Of a stretch of 64,000 nucleotides of DNA, positions 20,747-31,141 are shown piece by piece. Made by a program: the position numbers and the translations under genes. The first letter of the stretch is position 1. Each line of letters begins with the position of its first letter. The notes below the pieces were generated by a model. It saw nothing but the letters and a program-made list of their open reading frames with translations. It was not told the origin of the DNA and made no database searches. The DNA comes from a virus, in IMG/VR virus record IMGVR_UViG_3300022407_006288, positions 32,001-96,000 of that record; one strand, given 5' to 3'.

Positions 20747-20772
20747 AAAAACGCCCTCTGGGGCGTTTTTTT
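20747..20772 (+). terminator. Rho-independent terminator after the capsid gene
   Basis: AAAAACGCCC-TCTG-GGGCGTTTTTTT. Confidence 0.85.
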
Positions 20773-20814
20773 ATTGACTTTGATAAATAATATATTATTT
20801 GATGAGGTAAAATC

Positions 20815-21552
20815 ATGTCAGAACCAAACATGAAAAAAATTGACCCTAAAGACATATTATCAAACCCTGATACATATATAACAGACCCGGGTACTTTAAC
20901 TGTAAATTTAGAAACATTTGTGGTATCAGTACACAACGGATATACTCCGGGCGGATTACCCATTGGCGGCGGCACTGTAGTAACACCTGGCGGAACCAGT
21001 GGTGCAGTTCAAATGAATTGGCAAGGCTCTTTTACTGATCAGGGTGGAACTCCAGCTGATACATATTCGACATTAAAGTTTAACGGCGATGGAATACCAA
21101 CTCTCAACGGTACTTTAGCATATCAGCAAAGAGTAAATAATTCTCCCTATTTGCAAATTTTAACACCAAGAGTAGAAAGTGAAGATTTTGGGATACTTGC
21201 CGGGCCCGGCATTGTTGTAATAGGTTACGACGATACCTATAATACTCCTCGTAGTGCATATCTTTCTGTACAGAACAAATCTGATGCAACACAACAGTGG
21301 GATTTTGGTATTATGGGTAACGGGGATAATAGTTTTAGTGTAAGAAATAGAACTACAGATACTGTAGCACTATCCATTGATAATACAAGCGGTAACATAT
21401 CTGGTGGTAATTTAGTTACCTGGACTGCTGTGCCCAGTACCAACATATCATCGGGGACTCCGGGACAGGCAGCATATGATTCTAGTGGAAATTTATATAT
21501 ATGCGTGGCTATAGACACATGGTCAAAGATCGCCGGCACAACTAGCTGGTAA
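20815..21552 (+). CDS. Putative virion structural protein
   Basis: Gly/Thr-rich beta protein; late promoter at 20782; C-terminal VPSTNISSGTPGQAAYD..LYICVAIDTW resembles tail-fibre N-terminal modules. Confidence 0.5.
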   Translation: MSEPNMKKIDPKDILSNPDTYITDPGTLTVNLETFVVSVHNGYTPGGLPIGGGTVVTPGGTSGAVQMNWQGSFTDQGGTPADTYSTLKFNGDGIPTLNGTLAYQQRVNNSPYLQILTPRVESEDFGILAGPGIVVIGYDDTYNTPRSAYLSVQNKSDATQQWDFGIMGNGDNSFSVRNRTTDTVALSIDNTSGNISGGNLVTWTAVPSTNISSGTPGQAAYDSSGNLYICVAIDTWSKIAGTTSW

Positions 21553-21582
21553 GTTAAACATTTAGTAAAGGAAATTTTTAAA

Positions 21583-22554
21583 ATGAAAAAGATAAATTTT
21601 TTAAAGAGGGCTACATTAATAACATTTGGTGCAGTATGTTTACTTGGTAATGCTATTGGTCAAAGCAGTCAAACACCAATTAATATTACCGCAACTACCG
21701 TACAATCATCTCCAGCACAGTTTGGTGGTACCACTGCTACTGTATTAAATAATACATTTACTTTTGAAACACAAAATACACAAAATTTTCAATTTTGTAA
21801 TAGTTCAGACAACTGCACGTTGCCCACAGCAGCATCCGGTCCAAGTGCATATACTGTTTCTAATACACGATGGGGAACATTCAAACTAAATAATCCTAAT
21901 TTTAGTGCAAATTCTTCTACCTGTGCCCCAAAAATTTCATTTAACAGTAATGATTATTGTTTGTTAGAATTCCACTTTCATGGTCCATCAGAGCACTGGG
22001 TTAATAACTCGGCTACAGATTTAGAAGTACACTTTGTTTATGTTAAGTTGAGTGACTTAACACAACCGCGTGGATTATGTAATGCCGACAGTCTTTTAGT
22101 ATTGGGTCAAAGAATGGTCGGTAACGGCTCCACACCAAATGCATCGTGGACCAGTGTGTTCAACGCAATACCTTCAGTTAATAGCACCGGAACATCAACA
22201 GGCGCCACTGTTAGCTTCAATATTAAAAACATGATGGGCATTGCCAATTTTAATACAGCACCATCCTATAGATATAGCGGCGGATTAACTGCACCAATTG
22301 GTAGCGGTACTTTAGGAACTGGCAGTACCTGTATTGCACCTACCGATCCCAATAACGGTAATCCATGGTGGGGTAATCCACAGCGTCAGCTAACTGTTGG
22401 TCAATATCCTCAGATAGTTTCCTGGGTGCTATTCAAGCAGCCAATAACACTATCTACAGCACAAGTACAACAATTTAAGTCTGCGTTTCCCGATGGAAAT
22501 GCTCGCGCAGTTCAGCCAGCAGGAACCACAATTTATTATGCTAATCCAAACTAA
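21583..22554 (+). CDS. Alpha-class carbonic anhydrase with signal peptide
   Basis: QTPINI, zinc ligands in LEFHFH and EVHFV, SEH, YRYSGGLTAP, VSWVLFKQPI, NARAVQP; N-terminal Sec-type leader. Confidence 0.85.
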   Translation: MKKINFLKRATLITFGAVCLLGNAIGQSSQTPINITATTVQSSPAQFGGTTATVLNNTFTFETQNTQNFQFCNSSDNCTLPTAASGPSAYTVSNTRWGTFKLNNPNFSANSSTCAPKISFNSNDYCLLEFHFHGPSEHWVNNSATDLEVHFVYVKLSDLTQPRGLCNADSLLVLGQRMVGNGSTPNASWTSVFNAIPSVNSTGTSTGATVSFNIKNMMGIANFNTAPSYRYSGGLTAPIGSGTLGTGSTCIAPTDPNNGNPWWGNPQRQLTVGQYPQIVSWVLFKQPITLSTAQVQQFKSAFPDGNARAVQPAGTTIYYANPN

Positions 22555-22568
22555 TAAATTATATTAGC

Positions 22569-22592
22569 AAAAACGCCCCGCGGGGCGTTTTT
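22569..22592 (+). terminator. Rho-independent terminator
   Basis: AAAAACGCCCC-GC-GGGGCGTTTTT, nearly identical to the 20747 terminator. Confidence 0.8.
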
Positions 22593-22648
22593 CTTTGGCT
22601 ATATTTTTTCATATTATGATAAATATGTAAAACATTGGAATGTATCTT

Positions 22649-23953
22649 ATGACACAAAAAATTATTGTTCAAGATGGTAATGTTGTTTATACAACTCCCG
22701 GCCTACCAGCAGCAGAAAGTATAAATTTTACTATAGAAGGTCAGTTAAATGTCACCGGGGCCATCAGTGTAAACGGTTCTACTGGTACTGCAGGTCAAGT
22801 TTTAACGTCACAAGGCACCAATCTCCCGGCATATTGGGCTGTAGCCAGCGGCGGTGGTGGCGGAACCGTAACACTGCCCAATACACAAGTTGCATTCGGA
22901 TCAACATCAGATACAGTAACATCAAGTGCTAATCTTGTATACAATTCTTCAAGTAACATTCTGAGCGTAGGTACTACAACCAGCGGGCTTATATCAAGCA
23001 CACCCGGGGGTTCAATAACTATTGCATCTGATACAGCTATATCATTAGATGCAAACGGTATCGAAGTAGTTACAATTAATTCTGATGGTTCACTTGATAT
23101 ATATGGGCCGATTAACGTAAGCAGCTCCAGCGGTACTGCAGGACAAGTTTTAACGTCACAAGGTGCCGGGCTTCCAGCAGTATGGGGTGTAGGTGGAGGC
23201 GGGACCACTACCCTAGCAAATACACAGGTTGCATTTGGATCTACTGCAAATACCATAACGTCAAGTAACAATTTCATATATGATAATTCAACTGATACAT
23301 TAATTGTAGGAGATTTTGGCACATTTGATGGGACCATATCTGCCAACGGATTTTTAAGACTTGAATCTACTTCGTCAATATATCTAAACATTGGTGGTAC
23401 TGATGCAGTTACTATAGACTCTGCAAATACAATAGTTATAGGATCATCAAGTAATAGTGGTGTAGTCTCGGCTAGCAATGGCCAGTCTTTATACCTAGAA
23501 AGCGACGGCGGTAATAATGTTATTGTATTGGGTGCTGCAGGGGATTTATCTGTTAACGGAAGTGTAGGAACAGCCGGACAGGTACTAACATCACAAGGTG
23601 TAGATGCATCACCAACATGGGAATCGCCCACTATACCTCAAAATCTACAAGCGGCTGATTATACATTGGTACTTAGCGATAGCGGCAAACATATTTTTCA
23701 CCCCGGCACAGATGGCCCGTCTCGCACATATACAATTCCGTCAAATGCAAGTGTAGCATTTCCTATTGGCACAGTAGTCACATTTGTAAATCAAAACGGA
23801 GCAGGATCAATACTTATTGCAATCACTTCAGATGTTATGAGATTGGCTGGCGTAGGATCTACCGGTACACGCACACTGGATGCTAACGGCGTAGGTACAG
23901 CATTAAAGATTACTGCAACTGAATGGATTATTAGCGGCACAGGGCTAACATAA
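22649..23953 (+). CDS. Tail fibre-like structural protein
   Basis: Three GTAGQVLTSQG...P-W repeats; C-terminal DYTLVLSDSGK...YTIPSNASVAFPIGT...W domain; late promoter at 22618. Confidence 0.7.
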   Translation: MTQKIIVQDGNVVYTTPGLPAAESINFTIEGQLNVTGAISVNGSTGTAGQVLTSQGTNLPAYWAVASGGGGGTVTLPNTQVAFGSTSDTVTSSANLVYNSSSNILSVGTTTSGLISSTPGGSITIASDTAISLDANGIEVVTINSDGSLDIYGPINVSSSSGTAGQVLTSQGAGLPAVWGVGGGGTTTLANTQVAFGSTANTITSSNNFIYDNSTDTLIVGDFGTFDGTISANGFLRLESTSSIYLNIGGTDAVTIDSANTIVIGSSSNSGVVSASNGQSLYLESDGGNNVIVLGAAGDLSVNGSVGTAGQVLTSQGVDASPTWESPTIPQNLQAADYTLVLSDSGKHIFHPGTDGPSRTYTIPSNASVAFPIGTVVTFVNQNGAGSILIAITSDVMRLAGVGSTGTRTLDANGVGTALKITATEWIISGTGLT

Positions 23954-23956
23954 TTT

Positions 23957-24400
23957 TCATCTATGCTGTGATAATATCATTTTTATACGATCTTCTGCTT
24001 TTTTGTTACAAAAACTTATCTTAGCACCCTGATGCATGGGCCTAGGCCATTGTCCCAGATCAATCCAACAATATCCACAACTTTCGTTGTTTAATACGGG
24101 TATAAATTCGTCTTCTACGATACATACAAAACTATAATATTTGAAATGTTTATCCTTACTTTGATAAACATCAAAAGGATATATTTTTTCAATATCAGGA
24201 ACCGAATCCATTTCTTCTCTTAATTCTCGAAGTAATGCTTCCTTGGGTTGTTCACCATCCTCTATCATGCCACCCCATAAAGACCACTGCTGTGCATGTG
24301 TCTTATGGGGTGCACGAAGATTTAATAATATCCTGCTTGTTTTAACAGATACAAAGATTGTACCAACAGCAGTTTTATTTGCCAACATGAGATCGTTCAT
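23957..24400 (-). CDS. NUDIX hydrolase
   Basis: Nudix box GGMIEDGEQPKEALLRELREE. Confidence 0.9.
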   Translation of the reverse strand: MNDLMLANKTAVGTIFVSVKTSRILLNLRAPHKTHAQQWSLWGGMIEDGEQPKEALLRELREEMDSVPDIEKIYPFDVYQSKDKHFKYYSFVCIVEDEFIPVLNNESCGYCWIDLGQWPRPMHQGAKISFCNKKAEDRIKMILSQHR

Positions 24401-24446
24401 AAAAGCTATTTATAACAAAATTTTAAATTAGCAAATTATAAATTAT

Positions 24447-25891
24447 TTACTCATATTGATTTACCGTGGTACCGTTGGGTGCTGATATAATATTGTCAAT
24501 GCGCCAATATCCTGGATTAAATATTCCGTAGTAGGTATATGCCCATTCTTGTGTGGTAGAATCAAACATGTATTGACTGGAATTTGTATTATTAACAACA
24601 TAATTTTTACCACTTGAGCTTCGAGAATCAAACGACACTATCCAATCTATGCCATTAAATTCTATAATATCATTTGGGTATGCAATTAACATTTGACCCC
24701 ATGGACTATTTGGCACATTTGGCGGAATTGCAGGTTCTTCACCACCGCTTGAGTTTGATGTAAGCAAGTATCTTTGCCCGGGTGCCGCAACAGGCAATCC
24801 GTTACCCGGCGTTACTTCTGTTGGATCAATAATCTCAGCTATAGGCAGCAGTGTGTTGGCAGGTAGTGTATCAACATCTGGTGTAAAAAATAGCACACTT
24901 TGATCTTGCTGATCTTGAGCAATACCCCCAATAATATCTGAAGTATCAACCTCTAAATTGGGATCAAGTTTTAGTCTAATTTTTGTAATATTGGGTGTGA
25001 TTTGCCCATATTTTTGTATTAAACTTTGCCAACTCAATAAAGGATCAGCTTGACCATACTCGTTTAAGAGTGTGATTGTATCAACCTCACCTGTCTTAGA
25101 TACCGAAATTCTATAATTGCCCTCTGTAGTAACAATTTGTATAGGTATGCTACCAAACGACGAAAAAGGATCATATGTACCATCAATTTGTCCTTTAATA
25201 TTCTGTATATCAGCATCAAACACTTGAGTAACAATTTCTGCAATAAGCCCGCTTCTTTTGAGCTTTGCAGGCGGGTTAATCCACCCCTGTATTTTAAACT
25301 TAAAACTCATTATATCTCTATCGTCATTAGCACCTTGAGGTATATTTTTACTTGACCAAACAACATCTTCGAGCCACACTTCAAAAATACTTGTCCAATC
25401 TAGCAAATTGCTATTTTGTTGAAGTTGTATAGAAGGATTAAAAATGGTACAAATTTGCTCCATAATTTGTAATTTAGTTGTTACATTGGTGGTCCACACA
25501 TCAAGCCTAAAAAAGAAATCATAAGGCACAGGCATGTACCTTTCAACATCCTGTCTTACACCGGGCCCAGAACCGTATGTTTGTGTAGCTGCATCAAACT
25601 GTCTTTCTATAGTAGACACTTTACCAACATACTGCGTGGCCTGCCGTCTATCCGGAACCATCTTGATATTTTCAATCCAAGCACTAAACATCGGTGCTGG
25701 CAGCATGGTATTTTCACTTGCACCTTTAATAAGTTGTGCAACCATCCAGGATGGGTCTCCGTAAAGTATGGGCACTTGCTGAATAGTATAAAGTCCGTTG
25801 GCATCTGGGCCTATGCGAATCTTAATATCTGAAAAAATCCGCATGAATTGTAAGAGATATCGTCTTACTTGACTATCGTAAAAAAATCCAT
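24447..25891 (-). CDS. gp15: Tail sheath stabiliser / tail terminator (gp15-like); first 16 codons require a -1 shift
   Basis: VPILYGD, MPVPYD...LDVWTTN...QIMEQICTIFNP. The SD-associated ATG at 25891 is one base out of frame at a T7 run; the in-frame ORF starts at 25844. Confidence 0.75.
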
Positions 25892-25927
25892 TCCTCTCCC
25901 CCTTATTATTCTTTCTTTAACAAGATG

Positions 25928-27181
25928 TTAGTTGCCCTTTTTTGCAGCTCTGTCATCTGCAATTTTACTTCTAGCAGCTTCGGCTTTAGTAGTTTTCTTT
26001 TTTCTTTCCGAGTAAAGATCCACTTTTTGTTTTACTACTTGACTTACTGCTTGTTTTTCCGGAACAACGGTACCATCAGGTAAAATAGTATCGTTAATAT
26101 TGTCAATAAATTGGTCGAGGACACGATTGTAGGCCGTCCAATTCTTTAACACATTTACCTCTATAAGTTTAAATGTCGGCCCTTGTTTTTGGAATAGTCT
26201 TTCCGGATAATAATCTATTCGTAAATAATATTGCCCATCTGTCATTCCTGGCGGGAAACTAACGCCAGCACCAACAAGCGGTCCGCTTGGTTCTAAGTTA
26301 TCTGCATTATCTGTTGATAGGTTAGGCGGAGCACCGTCCCCACTAAAATAATTACTCCCAATTATGGGGTATCCTGTATTCGGATCAAGGTATATGTATA
26401 AGTTTGCACTTTCAAAAAACTTAGGATCAAAAAATGCATTACATTCTGCTTCAGCAACTATTGCATCAGACAAGCCAATAATTTGGCAAAATAGATTTAG
26501 TGTATTAGTAATATTGGGGTTAGCTCCTGTTCCTGGATTACCGTTGGCATCTGCGGTATCGGTGAATCCCTCTGGCATAACACCAATACCCTGTCCAACA
26601 CCGCCTGCTGTTTGTCCTGTCGCCGCTTGATCAAGTATTTGATTATATTCTTGTGATGCTTGAAGCATTTTGGCTCTGACTAACCAAATATGCGGAAACC
26701 ATTTTTGCCCATATCCGGCTGCTGCATAAAGCGCATCTTGAACAACATAATAACGATTGATACCTACAGCATTATCAAAGATTGGCACATCCCTCATATT
26801 TGGAAATTCTAAAACATCACCTGCAATAAGTTTTCTGCCCAAGCAGTCTACCATGTCGTTGTAATGAAACTGAATACGTATAACATCCGAACTTAGAAAA
26901 ATACCAAACTGCGACAAATCGTAGTTTACGTCCTGTGGAGTATAGTGTCCCTTTAGTTCAATTACATTTGGATTATATTTTCTATTATTGTTAGTTAAGA
27001 ATAGCACATCTTGAATAGTTGTTAATGAAGTATCTGTACTACCAGCAGCATCAGTGGTTGGCCCTTCATACATGTGTACCAAAATGCCGTCGCCTGCAAT
27101 AAAAAAGTTTTCACCTATTGAGCGATCGATGAAGTTGTAATCTGCGCCCTTAACGGGATTCCACAAACTAATTTTAGGCAT
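25928..27181 (-). CDS. gp14: Neck / head-completion protein (gp14-like)
   Basis: MPKISLW...DYNFIDRSI, IQDVLFL-NNNRKY, YDLSQFGIFL, GRKLIAGDVLEFP; upstream of gp15. Confidence 0.75.
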   Translation of the reverse strand: MPKISLWNPVKGADYNFIDRSIGENFFIAGDGILVHMYEGPTTDAAGSTDTSLTTIQDVLFLTNNNRKYNPNVIELKGHYTPQDVNYDLSQFGIFLSSDVIRIQFHYNDMVDCLGRKLIAGDVLEFPNMRDVPIFDNAVGINRYYVVQDALYAAAGYGQKWFPHIWLVRAKMLQASQEYNQILDQAATGQTAGGVGQGIGVMPEGFTDTADANGNPGTGANPNITNTLNLFCQIIGLSDAIVAEAECNAFFDPKFFESANLYIYLDPNTGYPIIGSNYFSGDGAPPNLSTDNADNLEPSGPLVGAGVSFPPGMTDGQYYLRIDYYPERLFQKQGPTFKLIEVNVLKNWTAYNRVLDQFIDNINDTILPDGTVVPEKQAVSQVVKQKVDLYSERKKKTTKAEAARSKIADDRAAKKGN

Positions 27182-27378
27182 TTTTAGATCTCCAACACTG
27201 TGAAAAATTATTTAATTTTGTTTTTACTATTTATCAATAAAATTTAATTTTAAACAATGTATATCGTAAAATCTAAAAAGTTATATAGTTGCATTTAATA
27301 GATAAATACAAATGAAATTTTATAACTAGTAAGTACTACCTTACTAGACAGGTCCGCAACCTGAATAAAGGGAAAAAA

Positions 27379-29463
27379 ATGTCAGTAACAATAAATGCCA
27401 AAGGCACAAGCACGCCGTATTTCAAGATCGGCAAAGGCGGTACTACTCTTTTTCAAGGGAGTATTGATCCTAGAACATTATATGAGCCGGTTGACGGCGA
27501 TATGTGGATTAATAATGATACGAATTCACTTAGCATCAAAAGTGCCAATAACTGGATTGCTCCCGTATTAGGCGTCACAAATCCTTTAATATTTCCAGCC
27601 AGTTCAGGCGATAGTGGACAAGTTTTGTCCACAGACGGGCAAGGTAATCTAACCTGGATATCATCATCGGGAAGCGGAACAGTAACATCCGCATCAGTAG
27701 TTTCTGCTAATGGCTTTGCTGGTACTGTTGCCAATTCAACAACTACTCCCGCAATTACTATTTCAACATCTGTAACAGGGCTAGTTAAAGGTAATGGTAC
27801 TGCTATATCTGCTGCCTTGGCAGGAACAGATTATTCAACAGGTACTGCATCATTAGATACTGGTATATTAAAAACAACCACCAGTACTGGAAATTTAACC
27901 ATTGCAGTAGCAAGTGATTTCCCCACATTAAACCAAAATACAACCGGTACTGCCAATAACGTTACAGGTATTGTATCAACGGATCATGGTGGCACTGGAC
28001 TAACATCATTTGTTGCTAACAGAATATTTTATGCAGGAGATGCAAATACAGTTTCTCAAAGTGCTGGACTTACATATAATGGTGCAAATACACTAGTCAT
28101 TGGATCATCGGGCAATGCTACAGTCTTTGCTGGCGCCGGAGAAGCATTACGTCTGGGCAGCAACAGTGGTAATAACATTATTGTATTAGGTGCTGCGGGA
28201 GATTTATCCTTTGCCAGTAGTGTAGGCACAGCCGGACAGGTATTGACATCACAGGGTGCAAATACATCACCTACTTGGACAACAATAACAAGTGGAGTAT
28301 CAAGTTTTAGTGGTAACAGCACTGGACTAACACCAAATACTGCAACAACCGGGGCTATTGTACTTGATGGCACACTAAACATATCACACGGTGGAACTGG
28401 TGCTATCACTGCCAACGAAGCATTTAATAATCTTGTACCATCACAAGTTACAAACAACGGAAAATACTTGACAACTGATGGCGCTAACACATCTTGGTCA
28501 ACTGTTACCGCCGGTACACTGACTGGTACAACACTAAATGCAACTGTAGTTAATTCATCACTTACCAGTGTTGGCACTGTCACCGCCGGTACCTGGTCGG
28601 GGCTGTTTGGTGCAGTGAGTGGTGCCAACCTAACCAATATAACAGCAGCCAATTTAAGCGGCACAATTCCAAGTGCTACATTAGGTAATAGTACACTTTA
28701 CATTGGTACAACAGCAGTTACCCTAAATAGAGCAAGTGCCAATCAAGGCCTAACTGGTATTACCAGTGTTGCCATGCCTGGTGCAACAAGTGGTACAATC
28801 ACATTAACACCGGCAGCAACTGCGGGTACTACTGCTATTACAATTCCTGCGACAGCGGGTACATTGGTTACAACGGGTGATACAGGCACGGTTACAAACG
28901 CAATGTTGGCCGGGTCTATTGCCAATGCCAATTTGGCAAACAGTTCTGTAACAGTCAATGGAACAGCAATTTCACTTGGCTCAAGCGGCACAGTAACTGC
29001 CGCAGCAGGTACATTAACTGGTGCTACCCTAGCTTCCGGAGTAACAGCATCTAGCTTGACCAGTATTGGAACATTATCAAGTCTTACTGTAAGTGGTACA
29101 ACATCATTGACCGGCGCAACTACGTTTGTTGGAAGTGCTGCAACTACACCAGCTGCAGTCGCTTTTAGTGCTACAGCAATGACGATTCCATGCGCAAGTT
29201 CAAACGTATTCACAACAACATTTACTGCCAACGTCACTGTTGCACCGGCATTCTCAAACTTAAAAGACGGACAAACTATCAACTGGTTTATTACACAAGA
29301 TGCTACAGGTTCAAGAACAATGACATGGCCATCCAGCTTCAAGTGGCCGGGAGGTTCAGCAGGTGTATTAAGTACCGCAGCCAACTCAGTTGATTTACTA
29401 GTTGCTACATATAGATCGGCAACTGGGTTTTGGTATGCAACACTATCAAAGGGATTTGCATAA
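27379..29463 (+). CDS. Long tail fibre-like protein
   Basis: Thr/Gly/Ala-rich repeats including GTAGQVLTSQG; C-terminal FSNLKDGQTINWFITQDATGSRTMTWPSSFKW domain. Confidence 0.72.
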   Translation: MSVTINAKGTSTPYFKIGKGGTTLFQGSIDPRTLYEPVDGDMWINNDTNSLSIKSANNWIAPVLGVTNPLIFPASSGDSGQVLSTDGQGNLTWISSSGSGTVTSASVVSANGFAGTVANSTTTPAITISTSVTGLVKGNGTAISAALAGTDYSTGTASLDTGILKTTTSTGNLTIAVASDFPTLNQNTTGTANNVTGIVSTDHGGTGLTSFVANRIFYAGDANTVSQSAGLTYNGANTLVIGSSGNATVFAGAGEALRLGSNSGNNIIVLGAAGDLSFASSVGTAGQVLTSQGANTSPTWTTITSGVSSFSGNSTGLTPNTATTGAIVLDGTLNISHGGTGAITANEAFNNLVPSQVTNNGKYLTTDGANTSWSTVTAGTLTGTTLNATVVNSSLTSVGTVTAGTWSGLFGAVSGANLTNITAANLSGTIPSATLGNSTLYIGTTAVTLNRASANQGLTGITSVAMPGATSGTITLTPAATAGTTAITIPATAGTLVTTGDTGTVTNAMLAGSIANANLANSSVTVNGTAISLGSSGTVTAAAGTLTGATLASGVTASSLTSIGTLSSLTVSGTTSLTGATTFVGSAATTPAAVAFSATAMTIPCASSNVFTTTFTANVTVAPAFSNLKDGQTINWFITQDATGSRTMTWPSSFKWPGGSAGVLSTAANSVDLLVATYRSATGFWYATLSKGFA

Positions 29464-30470
29464 TGTCTTTTGCTGCAAGAAATGCACCTTTCCCTGCTGT
29501 GGCTCCTACTAGATCCACTGTTACTTATGTGGTCAGCGCAAATGCTGACAGACAGGTCATTACACTAGGCTCAACTGCTCCTACCACCGGTACATATGTA
29601 GCAGGGCTATCTAACGTAACTGTAACAATCAATAGCAGTGTATATGTTTATTCAACAGTACGAACTACTCCGGCACTAACTATTGCAGGGGGTTCTGCTG
29701 GTGACACGATGGTTATCAACAATAATGGTTACATCCTTGGATGCGGCGGCGGTGGCGGCGGCGCCAATGACGGGTCTATATCTAGTGGTAGTAATGGTGG
29801 CAACGGGCTGTCAATAACTGCTACAGTTACAGGAGCCATTACACTTAACAACAATTCGGGCGCGTATATTGCCGGCGGCGGCGGCGGTGGCGGCGGCGCT
29901 TCTGGTTCTACTACATCCCCAACAGTTGGAGGCGGCGGCGGCGGCGGCGGCGCCGGCGGCGGTACTGGCGGTCCAGCTTCTGCTACATTTAGTACAGGCT
30001 TTACTGCTGTTTCGGGCGGCAGCGCCGGCGGATTAGGGGCGGTTGGTGGTACTGGCGGGTTTGCTGGAGATCCTAACGGTAACACTGCTAGAAATATCTA
30101 TGGCGGAGGCGGCGGCGGCAGGCGGCCTACTAACGCAACAGGTGGTGCAACTGCTCCCACTAGATCAACCGGCGGTGTAGGTGGTGGCGCAGGTGGAGGA
30201 GGCTCGTCGGGTCTGTATAATACTACTGCATCTAATATTTTTGCTGGTGGTGGCGGCGGTTTTGGTGCAGCTGGCGCACAAGGTGGTACTACAGGAACAA
30301 CAGCACCCGGTAGCGCCACAGGCGGGTCAAACAACAGCAATGCCACTGCTTCTACAGGAACCTTATCAGCACAAACCAGTGGTGGTACAGGCGGGTATTC
30401 AATTACCAAAGGCGGAAAAACTGTTAGTGTCGGCGGTGCAGGAACAATTTGGGGGAGTCAGTTAGCATGA
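29463..30470 (+). CDS. Glycine-rich adhesin / fibre tip protein
   Basis: Multiple poly-Gly runs (GGGGGGG, GGAGGG) as in gp38-type adhesins; ATG overlaps the upstream stop. Confidence 0.65.
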   Translation: MSFAARNAPFPAVAPTRSTVTYVVSANADRQVITLGSTAPTTGTYVAGLSNVTVTINSSVYVYSTVRTTPALTIAGGSAGDTMVINNNGYILGCGGGGGGANDGSISSGSNGGNGLSITATVTGAITLNNNSGAYIAGGGGGGGGASGSTTSPTVGGGGGGGGAGGGTGGPASATFSTGFTAVSGGSAGGLGAVGGTGGFAGDPNGNTARNIYGGGGGGRRPTNATGGATAPTRSTGGVGGGAGGGGSSGLYNTTASNIFAGGGGGFGAAGAQGGTTGTTAPGSATGGSNNSNATASTGTLSAQTSGGTGGYSITKGGKTVSVGGAGTIWGSQLA

Positions 30471-31093
30471 ATGTTACAAGAGAGCTTTTAGTGCATTTGG
30501 GGGCGTGTCAAGAAGCCATGGATTGGTTTGACACGCAGAGTATTCACGGACTATCTCGCCTTGCATTTATACGTGCCTTAAAAGACCGGGACTGCCCGTC
30601 TTATTATGCAGACTGGGCAGCATCCAAGGAAGGCCTATTTTCAGCAGCAGCAGTAGAGTTTGCAGGAACAGGTGTGCGTCTCAATATATGGCGAGTGCAA
30701 GGAGAAGGTATTGACGGTACTGTTGAATACACAGACTTGGCTATAATTAAGTCATTGATTGATGCACAAGTAGAACCAAAAATTACTGCGGAAGCAGACC
30801 ATTTTCATGTTTATGCTCAATACCTACATAATGGCGGTTATATCTCAATACCGTGTGATCTTGATTCTGATATAGCCCCCGAAGCCATACACTATGTTTC
30901 ATCTAATATGTTCACAGGTGTTTATGAGCAGTTTGATAATTTCCCGGACGCAAAACATCGCTGCTTGGAGATCAAACAGCAGCGACGTGATCAATACGCT
31001 TCTACATATCATGTGTTGCAAAAGATTGAAGAAACAGGCAGCAGTGAAGGCGAGATTGGTGAACTACTGGTTTACACAGGCGTAACCCTTTGA
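30467..31093 (+). CDS. Hypothetical protein, possibly for fibre assembly
   Basis: ATGA overlap with the adhesin stop codon; starts MNVTRELLVHLGACQEAMDWF. Confidence 0.55.
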   Translation: MNVTRELLVHLGACQEAMDWFDTQSIHGLSRLAFIRALKDRDCPSYYADWAASKEGLFSAAAVEFAGTGVRLNIWRVQGEGIDGTVEYTDLAIIKSLIDAQVEPKITAEADHFHVYAQYLHNGGYISIPCDLDSDIAPEAIHYVSSNMFTGVYEQFDNFPDAKHRCLEIKQQRRDQYASTYHVLQKIEETGSSEGEIGELLVYTGVTL

Positions 31094-31141
31094 GATCTTG
31101 ATAAATAGGTTGATCAAACGTGTTGCTGCTATTTTTATAAT

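Noticed and set aside
21583-22554. Host contamination or chimeric join explaining the carbonic anhydrase
   Set aside because: Composition resembles the neighbouring phage genes, and it is flanked by phage-style terminators and late-promoter genes. This cannot be fully excluded without reads.
28056-30465. Long Pro/Ala/Val-rich antisense ORFs in the track (for example 28056-28664, 28743-29384, 29729-30085)
   Set aside because: They are shadows of Gly/Thr-rich fibre genes (GGC/GGT codons read as Pro/Ala/Thr on the reverse strand) and have no RBS or motifs. The same applies to shadows over the tape-measure, capsid and ice-binding genes.
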